A DNA stretch of 61,451 nucleotides, counting the filler, from Bonamia ostreae (taxonomy: Eukaryota), in assembly GCA_040357525.1 (NCBI GenBank). It is 12 parts of 12 records of this genome, joined end to end, with 100 filler letters (N's around TTAATTAATTAA, not from the genome) between each part and the next. Parts side by side here need not be neighbours in the genome. Positions count along the whole stretch, not along the records: positions 20,615 to 25,652 come from JBDODL010000236.1; positions 25,753 to 30,789 come from JBDODL010000237.1; positions 30,890 to 35,926 come from JBDODL010000238.1; 9 more parts are not named here. One strand, given 5' to 3'. The position numbers and the translations under genes are program-made. The notes beneath the pieces are model-generated. The model searched no databases. It was not told where the DNA came from and was given only the letters and a program-made list of their open reading frames with translations. Positions 23,744 to 33,029 of this stretch are shown here, one piece after another (positions within the stretch are counted from its first letter, which is position 1; the number at the start of each line of letters is the position of its first letter).

Positions 23744-25652
23744 TTATTCTTCATGAATTCGCACATTATTAGAAATTCTTCTTTTCTCTGGGAAGCAACA
23801 TCTGAGACAGCACGCGAATACATACAAGAACATAAATAATGTAGCACCTTTCACAACTTTTGGAAACTTCATTGGTTCTGTTTCTCCAATGTCTTCTTCA
23901 ATTATGTAACCTGCCTCTATTTACTTAATAATGACAAAACCAGTACAGATGTTTTTGACACAATTTAAAGTGCAACAAAATTCATTTTTCGAGCATGGGT
24001 AATTGAGTGGAAGACATTCTTTAAATTTAAATTTAAAAAACCTTCGTCGCAACAACAAACGTTCGAAACAGCTAAATCAGATTTGTCAATCCCATTGAAA
24101 GCACTGATTGGCCCGTTTTTGGATTCTTTCACAAAACAAAAAGTTGACAGTTTTGCGTCAAAGTTACCAAAATGATAATGCAAATCAGCCAACGTGCATA
24201 TTCTTTTCTTTATATTGTATGTTATCGTTTTGCCCTTATGGTCAAAACTTATCATTTTTGTCAGTTTCGAACACGCTTTTTCAGCATTTTTTCGTTCGAC
24301 ATATTCTTCTGAGATTTCGATATTTTCTTTATTTATACATTGATGTACACGTTAAAAGTTCAATTAGTAAAATTTTTATCAGTTCAAACCGTCTTGACAA
24401 CACCAACTACCTTTAAAATCGCTGTTTTTTTCGACTCCATAAGAATAAACAATTTCAACATCGCCAGCAGCGGTTGGCTGCAAGGCAATACCAACACGCG
24501 AAGATGTAAAATCTTCGATGTTTTCGGCGGTATCTATTTCATTGGGGGTGCAAATGTGATAATTTCCAAAGGTTTCGTAAAGTTTTGAACTAATAAGTGC
24601 CCCTTTTGCCAAAATCAACTGAGGTGAAGAGTCGTGCAGAACAATTTTTTTAACATATCCTTTTCCCCAAAAAAGATTTGAATTCGTTGTTTCAACGTCA
24701 ATGAACATGTCGTTTATTTTTGCTTTACAAAATTTTCCGTGGATTTTAAAAGAATCAACTTTCAAATTATATAAGCAGTCGCCATCTTTTATTTCAATCA
24801 TTATGAATTCGCCTCTTTTCACATTGAAAGAACAGAAGTTGCCTTTATAATCTGTTTTCTCGTAAATGGATAATTGGCAAACATCTTTGTTTTTAAACTT
24901 ATAAAACCAAAATTTCCAAATGGCTTACACCTCAGATCGCAATAATCCCATTCTATTTTCTCTGAATTCACGTAACACCACTAATTGAGTATAAATAATA
25001 AATGTTACTAGTAACAATAATTACGAGTTTATACAGTAACAGAGAAAAGGAAATGACAAAGTTGCAATTAAACCGGACGGTTTCGTTTCCCAGAAGGATT
25101 ACGACAAAAATTCCAATCTTGGGCACTAACGTTTTCTTTGATTTTACGAGGTTTTTGCTTTGTCCAAATTTGACAAACATATCCCTTTTCAGTCGTAGAC
25201 TTCGTACCTTTGTAATCTCGTCCATCCCCTTCACAATCTTAGTATAAAATCTATCGTTACCGTCATATTCACCTTCAAGATTTTTACAAAGATAGGTGTT
25301 TTCGGAAATAGGATTATCAATTAACGTAGTTGGGATAACGCCAAAATAGTTCAGATCAGTGAAACAATTGTTTTCTTTCGAAAATATTGTTGTTCCAAGT
25401 ACTGCTTTGAAGTCGTTAAAATAAGCCCACGAATTAGTGCACCCAAAACGACCATTTTCAACGTAACTTTTGAGATCGCTGTCACTGCAAAGACGTCTTT
25501 TGTACATTTTGCACGTTTTGAACGCGTTTGTATATTCGTCTGGTTGTCCAAACACATAAGGATGAGCTACATATCAAAAAAATAAACCGTCGTAGCTGTC
25601 GATGTCGTATTGCGGTGCGCCGGAAAGAATTTTACCGAACAAGAGCATGAGA
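23744..25652 (-). CDS. Kringle/knottin type I membrane protein (paralog 2, 5' truncated)
   Basis: Same module order and shared intron position as paralog 1: YKGTKSTTEKGYVCQIW...NFCRNP, CLPLNYPCSKNEFCCTLNCVKNIC, TM, CCLRCCFP. Confidence 0.8.
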
Positions 25653-25752
25653 NNNNNNNNNNNNNNNNNNNNNNNNNNNNNNNNNNNNNNNNNNNNTTAA
25701 TTAATTAANNNNNNNNNNNNNNNNNNNNNNNNNNNNNNNNNNNNNNNNNNNN

Positions 25753-26506
25753 GTCAACAAAGAATCCTTGAACAGTGCATATAACAAACCCACAAAGTCC
25801 GAAGAAAGCCAAATATTCGTAAAATTGGATTTCTTTTTTTACAATGTCTTCTTGAGTGACGTTTTCGATGGAGTAAAAAAAGCAGCCGAGGACGACCAGT
25901 CCATCTCCCAACAAGATCTGCTGCCAAGGCTTCCCTTCTGTGAAGCTTTTTTCCGAGAAAATGACATCGGTTAGAATGAGCAAAGTCATCCCGATTACGG
26001 TGATCACGATGAAAACAAGATGGTAAATCCTGAATTTGAATTTGAGGAACTGCCAACTAAAGATAGCAACAAATATTGTGGTGGAAACGTTAAGAAGAGA
26101 GACGGAAGTTATCGAAGTATAACGGAATGCCAGAATGATCATAAAATTGCCTTCTACGTCGAGTAGCCCGATCAACATAAATTTCCAGAGGGGTTCTTTG
26201 GGGAGGCGAAAGCCTTCTTTAACAAAAAAAGCAGGCAAGAATATGATTGTTACTAATAAGTAGGCAAAAGTCGATTGGAGAGATGGCAAGCTTGTGTGGC
26301 TTTATTTTTGATATTTTCGTATTAAGAAAATTGCAAAATAAATAAATTTTTGATAATTTATATTTTTGATGGTAACAATAAAACTTTTTTTTCAGAAGAT
26401 CAGTGAAAACTAATGTTCCGGCTAACAAAAAAGTGACGAATTGCCAACCTGAGATTATTTTGAACGCTTTCCCAAATTTTATTGAATCCGGTTTTGCTGA
26501 ACCCAT
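25753..26506 (-). CDS. SLC35F1/F2-family (DUF914) transporter, 3' truncated
   Basis: PSLQS..Y, LLDVEGNFMIILAFRYTSITSVSLL, LGDGLVVLGCFFYSIENVTQE. Confidence 0.88.
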
Positions 26507-27313
26507 TTTCGGACTTTTCTATATACTATAATTATATAAATGAAATAATTGAGCACTCAATTTCGCAAAATCCTAAATTTCTGTTCTTTTTCAGAAAGCA
26601 TTAAATTTTTAAAATTCAAATTTTTTGTTTTTAAATGATAACAAAATTGTTAATAAGATTTGCCATTAATTGTTTTAAATTTACAAAAAATCCAATAAAA
26701 CTTAAAAATGTCAATTTTTAAAAGAAATAAAAGATTTTCCGTTTAAAAGATTCAAAAAGCAAATTTTCGCTGCGTTTCTTTTATCGGTTCTTGTCGTTAT
26801 TTTTCTCAACTTTGTGCTTTATTTGATAAAATATTTTTTCAAAACTTTAAAAATCCCAAAAAAAGAAATTTCGAAATGTTTTTTAATATTTTTATTTTGA
26901 TCGATTTTTAAACTCGAAATGATTTAGATAACAAGATAGAAAAGATAAATTGTTTTGTTGGCGAAAAAAACATTGGACCCGAAGATGAAATTTTAATCGT
27001 TTCAGATAATGAGATAAGGAACATTTTAAACCTTTTAAATTTACAGAATAAACATCTTTAAAAAAATTTTTGTTTTTAGCGATTTTTGTTATTTTTCGAC
27101 AAAAATTTTACTTTTGCGATTTTTATTATTTTTTGACATTTTTCGACACTTTTTGCAAAATTTTTATTAATTTTCGACAATTTTTAGCAATTTTTTATTA
27201 TTTTTGTCCATTTTTTTTAATTTGGAAAAGGTCCATTATTTTATTGCAAAATATTTATTGCAAAATATTTATTTACAAAAAGTCAAAATAGTAAAATGAT
27301 GTTGATTTTGAAT

Positions 27314-27796
27314 TTATATCATCAATTGCTCGATTTTGCGTTTCGTCGAATTGAGCTGATTTTGTAAATTTCCGTCCTCGTCTTTTAAAATAGCACAAGC
27401 GATGAGTGATCTGCTAAGTCCACAAGCGCGCCCAAGCGCCATTTTTGAAGAAACGAACACGTATGGAACGTTCTTTAGCACGTGACAATACGATTAAAAG
27501 CAAATTGCAATTTATCTAACAATATCCGAATAAAAATGGCGATAAACAAACTTTGTCTTCACAGAGTAGTGGCAAATGCATGACAATCTCAATGGGGTCA
27601 GTGTCCGCCGCCATTACTATAATTTCAGCTTGGCCTCTGTTTAAGGCTTTTGTAGCTAAATTGGATTAAAGTTAGAACATTCGTTTGCTCCTCTTTTGAC
27701 TTGTTTGTATTGGTGAGAACTTTGCACTAATTCCAAAAGTTTCTTTTTGAGCTCTTCGTCCGCTAATGGAAAAGCTCTGGAATTTACTTCGGACAT
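27314..27796 (-). CDS. SNU13: Snu13/15.5K k-turn-binding protein (3 exons)
   Basis: AFPLAD...KRGANESTKALNRG...[39 protein letters not shown] after removing a 23-nt and a ~77-nt intron. Confidence 0.97.
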
Positions 27797-27841
27797 ACAA
27801 ATATACTGTATATTGTGGATTGAACTGTAAAATTTAGCCAC

Positions 27842-28744
27842 ATGCCATTAGTCATTTTGTGTGGACTGCCGTGTGCCGGAAAGACATATTGGGCTAATGT
27901 TCTAGTCGAAAAGCTTAAAAATGTATCAAAAAATCCTATACTTTTGATTAACAAAGAAAAGCTCTCTTTAAGCGCTGACGAGCTTTATCGATGTTTTATA
28001 AATTTGTTTCGTACATACAACGATTTGATTATTACGCCAAAAGCGACCATTTCAGAGAAAAACCACCGATCCAGAATAAGAGCAAACGTGGAGAGGAACT
28101 TAAACGCGGAAAAAATTGTCATCGCCGATTTCCTCTGCCACATTAAAGGACTGCGCTACGAACTGTACACGCGCTCAAAAGAAGCGAACACCACAAATTG
28201 CGTTCTCTTCTGCGACGAATCCGTCGAAGTCTGTCGAGACAGAAACAGCGCAGAAAACGTCTACAGCCAAAAGATGTTTGTAATAAGACGATTTAGTTTT
28301 TGCGATTTGGCGAAGCGGTTTGAACCGCCTGAAACTAAAAGCCGCTGGGAAAGTCCCATGTTCGTAATCAAAGTTCGATTGCCATTAATTTAAAATTAAT
28401 TTCCAAAAGGGCGGAAAACCGCAATTCTGTTGGGAAGAACTCACCGATTATGTTTTAAGCGGGAAACGGCTTCGGCCGTCGTTTTCCACTCACAAAGTTT
28501 TGTAAATCGAAAAAAGGCTGAAAACAAAACGTCAACGCCAATAAACACGGGGAAAGTCCTAAAAGCAGTCGAAAACGAATTTAGGATTTTGCTCGAAAAC
28601 GACTTTTTGGGAGCTTCCAAACTTTCGCAAATGAGGCAGATCAGACAGCGATTCATCAAAATGCTCGAATTGCAGCCGATCGCTTCCGAACAAAACTTAT
28701 TCGACTCTTACGCGAGGTTTTTGAAGGAGAATCTTCAACTTTAA
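27842..28744 (+). CDS. KTI12: Elongator cofactor Kti12 (4 exons)
   Basis: MPLVILCGLPCAGKT, IKGLRYELY, RFEPPETKSRWESPMF; introns at 27993-28043, 28276-28296 and ~28373-28409. Confidence 0.95.
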
Positions 28745-29058
28745 ATTTTAATGTTATTGCGCGTCTTCTATATCATTTTACGATGTTTCTATTCTATTTC
28801 AAATAAAAATCCTCTTTAAACTAACAATGGACAAAATCTTCAAAAATCTTCTTTAAAACTAATAATTGACAAAATCTTCAAAAATCTTCGTTATTTAAAA
28901 ATCTAAGCGTAAAATGTTTATCGAAATAATTAAAGAAAAGGCAAAAACTCTAATTAAAAAAACTCTGATTAAAACTGCGAACTAAACAAATTGATTCTAC
29001 GACAAACGAAAATCAAAAATAGAAGATAAACGCAAAAACAAACAATAATTTGATTTGT

Positions 29059-30107
29059 TTACTTATCATTTTCCTTAGAAGCAACATTATCAATTTTGTC
29101 ATCAGTTTTGTCATCAGTTTTTTCCTCAATTTTGTCATCAGTTTTTTCCTCAATTTTTTCATTGGTTTTTTTGGTCTCCGAAACTTCTCCTGCTTCCTTT
29201 TTGCCGTTTTCTACACAAGTTTTGGTTCCATCTTCGTTATTGTTGCTTTCTGCTCCTTTATCCTTTCTATTTGGGCTGACACTTTTGCTGCGACTTCTTT
29301 TGTTGGATCGACTTGGACTTTTTTTGCTGTCTCTCTCGCGACTTTTGGATCGACTTGGACTTTTTTTGCTGTCTCTCTCGCGACTTTTGGATCGACTTTT
29401 GCTGTATGAGCTGGAAGACCCACTGCGCGAACTCCTGCTGTGATGGCGATCTCGGGACCTGCTCCGAGAGCGCCCACTCGAACTGTAGCTCCTGCTGCGG
29501 CGCCTTCTGTTCTTTGACCGACTTCGACTGCGACTGCGGGAACGCGAACGGCTCGAGTAGCTTCTTCGGCGAGGGCGGTCGCGGGAATCGAAGCGTCTCC
29601 GCTTTCTCGAGAGTTCTACTCTGACTCGTTTCCCGAACAGACGTTGTCCGTCTTTCCGAGCGATGGCGTCATCCGCGTCTGAAAACCAATTCGTTTAAAT
29701 GTTTATATAACGAAAAGCGGTGTAAAGTAATTGATCGAGTGCGCAGATGACAAAAGTGACGGTGAAAGACGGTTTTATATAACAAATGCGATGGTGAAAG
29801 TGATCGAGTGAGCAGACCAATCATTTAAATCGCGATGGAGGGAAACCACGCGAAGGCGCGAATTTAGAAACGATTTTTTGCAAGCAATTTAGTGAAAAAT
29901 AACTACGTTCGAGCGATAAAACACAATTTGCCAAAAACCTCGAACATGTTTGAATTCGACGAAAGCGAATCCGTGTGGCCGACGAGCGACCCAAACACTG
30001 AGAATGGGCCCGTAATTTCGGAAGAAGTCTTTGATGTCTTCTTTCGTCGTCTTCGGATCCAGATTCCCGACGTAAACTCTGCTTCTGTTAGGAGATTCTC
30101 GAGACAT
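29059..30107 (-). CDS. SR splicing factor of SRSF3/SRSF7/RSZ type (RRM + RS domain)
   Basis: RVYVGNL, VWVARRPHGFAFVEF, spliced DADDAI...RVRVELS, long RS tract; 260-nt intron at 29679-29938. Confidence 0.92.
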
Positions 30108-30341
30108 TAAAATTTTAGGGTTCGCTTTAAATTGGTATTATTATAGCTGTTTCTCATAAAATAAGTGTTGCGTCGATTTTGTTAATTTTTAGCTTTTTAG
30201 TTTGTTGGCGAATTGATATTGCGTTGCTGTTAAGTAGTTTGCGATTACTCGGAAATTGAAAAAAGTTTTTCTCGAGATTTCGAAGGGAATAGTCGATGTT
30301 CATAGATTAAAGATTTTAGCATTTAATAACAGTAACCCTAA

Positions 30342-30746
30342 ATGGCTGAAGAATCGGAAAAGGTTGCGGCGTCGCAGCAAAGCACTATAAACGAGGCCGT
30401 GGAAAAGGCCATTCTAATCGCTCTTCAATACGGAGACGTTTCTAGAGGGCTCAAAGAATCCATCAAAGCTCTGGAAAGCGAGGACGGACTCGTTCTGATT
30501 CTGGCCAAAGACAATGACGAGCCCTTGTACGTACAAACTCTCACTGCTTTGGCCAATGAGAAAGATGTGCCGATCCTCAAAGTGGATTCAAAGATGGAAC
30601 TCGGCCGAGCTTCCCGATTCTGCAAGTACGACATCGAAGGGAAGCCCAGGAAAATAGTGAAGTGCTCCAGTGTCGTAATCAAAAGTTGGGGGCGCGAAAG
30701 CAACGCTCGTGAAATGATTATGCAAGAAATTGAAAAAACGAATTAA
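30342..30746 (+). CDS. RPS12: 40S ribosomal protein eS12
   Basis: RGLKESIKAL, DEPLYVQ, LG..FCKYDIEGKPRKIVKCSSVVIKSWG. Confidence 0.95.
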   Translation: MAEESEKVAASQQSTINEAVEKAILIALQYGDVSRGLKESIKALESEDGLVLILAKDNDEPLYVQTLTALANEKDVPILKVDSKMELGRASRFCKYDIEGKPRKIVKCSSVVIKSWGRESNAREMIMQEIEKTN

Positions 30747-30889
30747 AAATAGCATTCGCTTTTTATTCGCCATTTTTACAATTTTTGCCNNNNNNNNNNN
30801 NNNNNNNNNNNNNNNNNNNNNNNNNNNNNNNNNTTAATTAATTAANNNNNNNNNNNNNNNNNNNNNNNNNNNNNNNNNNNNNNNNNNNN

Positions 30890-31485
30890 TAAGGAAAGCA
30901 TAAAATTTCTTAAAGATGTTATTTTGGATAATTGTAAAAATCAAATGTTAAAAATTTTAATTTTTGTTTTTGGACTGCCAAAATTGTTCATCATTAAAAT
31001 GTTGATCTATTTTAATTACTTCAAAAGAGTTGGCTTCCTGCAAGAAGAATCGTCTTGAAAGCCATTTCTGAACGATTTGAATTCGACAAATCTGGAAAAA
31101 TAATTGTGCTTGATAAATTTTGTCCTTGGAGAGGAATCGTCGACGAAGAAAATAAAGACATTCTTTATGTCGTTTATAAACAGAACGCTTGGTAATTACG
31201 AATAATAATTTTAAATCTTTGTTACAAATTTTTCAAAATAATTTCCAAAATAAAAGGAGAATAATGGCTGTATCAGAATATTCATTCAAAAGTAAAAAGC
31301 CTTTAAAATCGGAATGGCGAGGTTTAACAAATGAAAAGCTAGAAAAAGTCTCTGGAATAAAAGGCGCTATTTTCGTACGTTTTTATTTTAAATTTCAATA
31401 ATGTTTAGATGCAACTGGGTTTACAGGAGGTTCTAAGACTATAGAAGGAGTTTTAGAAATGGCGAAGAAGAGTATGATCGATTAA
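30890..31485 (+). CDS. MYG1: MYG1 exonuclease, C-terminal fragment
   Basis: SWLPARRIV, FCPW, SFKSKKPLKSEWRGL, SGIKGAIFVHATGFTGG. Confidence 0.92.
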
Positions 31486-31574
31486 AAATCGTCACGTATT
31501 GAAATATTTTCTAATTTTAAAAAATATCGAAAAAAAATTAATTTGTCGAAAAAAAAATAGAAAAAATAAAATTT

Positions 31575-32139
31575 CTAAAATTTATCAAAAACAGTTCTAA
31601 ATCTCTTAGAAATAAAATTCAAATCAATATCTGCAACAAAATCACATTTTTCCAAATCATCGTTTTTATCGAAAGAAACCCATCCGTAGAAGTTTTGTCC
31701 TCGCGATAATAAAGGATACCAATATTTGTCATCTGGCCACATTTCATTAAACGGCAAATTGTTTTGGTAAAACCACTTCGGTCTCATTTCTTCGCTTTCT
31801 TTTATAATTCCGTTGAAATCCGTGGCCTTAAAAACATGCGATTCGTAGTAAATATTTTGATGTTTGAACAAAAAATGCAGAATTCCGATCTTTTCTATGT
31901 TTTTCGGGACGATTCCGCATTCCTCTTCAGTTTCTATGTTTTAAATTTTGAGATTTGATGATTATTAAAGTACCTCTGATGGCAGCATCCAAGACAGTTT
32001 CGTTAATTTTGACCTTTCCTCCAAAGCCATTCCATTTATTAACTCCCATTCCACGTTTTTTGAAACCGAGCAAAATTTGTTTTTCGCCATTTTTCTGTTT
32101 ATGTACTAACATTATTGTCATCTTATCTTCAAGTTTCAT
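31575..32139 (-). CDS. NUDT1: 8-oxo-dGTPase MTH1-like Nudix hydrolase (2 exons)
   Basis: [21 protein letters not shown]...[26 protein letters not shown]. Confidence 0.95.
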
Positions 32140-32302
32140 TTCAATCAAATCTTACTTTATAAATATTGTAAAAGCGAAATTGGGATTGTCGTTTTATAGC
32201 AATTAGATAAAAACTTGGCAAAATAACATAATATGAAGTTCATGTTGGAAAATTTAATAATTTTGAGTTAAAAACATTTTTTGTTAAAAAAATAATAAAA
32301 AA

Positions 32303-32376
32303 TGCAACCGGAGGGATTCGAACCCCCGAAAACTACGACCTGAACGCAGCGCCTTAGACCACTCGGCCACGGGTGC
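32303..32376 (-). tRNA. tRNA-Leu(CAG), 74 nt, short variable loop
   Basis: GCACCCG TG GCCGAGTGGTCTAAGGC G CTGCG TTCAGGT CGTAG TTTTC GGGGG TTCGAAT CCCTC CGGTTGC A, followed by a T-run terminator. Confidence 0.9.
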
Positions 32377-32430
32377 TATCGTTATTTCGTAATATAAAGT
32401 TTATATGTAAAAATTTAAAAAAATTTAATG

Positions 32431-32895
32431 TCATTCTGTGATGAAAGGAGTAGCGCCAGCAACGTCTTTTATAGAATTGGAATTTTCCATCTGCGACAAC
32501 TCATTTGTCATTCTTGTCAATTCGCTTTCGAACGAATTTTCGAGAGAAGTCACTTTTTTCTGAATGCTTTTCAGAGCCCACAGAAAAGCTTTTTCAGGGG
32601 CGAAATTTGTTTTTGTTCTAATTTTGATTAATATTTCGTTTTTGAGGGGGTGAGGCACTTTGTAGCCGACGAAGACTACGTTTTTTTCGTTTAAAAGTTC
32701 CTTATTTTTTATATGTTTATTACGGTGGTTATTAAATTTCCGAATGTGTGGCCTTCTTTCATTACTCTGAAACATCCCGTGTTGGGCAACTTTGTGTCTT
32801 TTGTGTAAAAAATTCTAAAATTTTTAGAACAACTTTTGGTCGCCTTCCTTCAAATAAACATGTTCGTACAGTTCAGGTTTATTGATATAGCTCAT
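32431..32895 (-). CDS. RPB11: RNA polymerase II subunit RPB11 (3 exons)
   Basis: DTKLPN, KEGHTFGNLI, VVFVGYKVPHPL; 19-nt (32815-32833) and 23-nt introns. Confidence 0.93.
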
Positions 32896-33029
32896 TCTTA
32901 CACTTACAACAACTATTTTATGTAAATTCTTATAAGTTAAAACTAAATTGCACAAAAAATAACTAAAAGTTTTGAATATAAATTTTAACTAAATTTTATA
33001 TTTTTATCGAAACCTAACCTTCGGAACTA

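Noticed and set aside
25238-25260. Apparent frameshift before the kringle of paralog 2 (and many similar breaks)
   Set aside because: Explained by a 23-nt GT-AG intron; not a pseudogene or programmed frameshift.
32303-32376. CUG codon reassignment suggested by the odd tRNA-CAG
   Set aside because: CTG occupies conserved Leu positions in DDX41, KTI12 and XPNPEP1, and the tRNA has no G3:U70.
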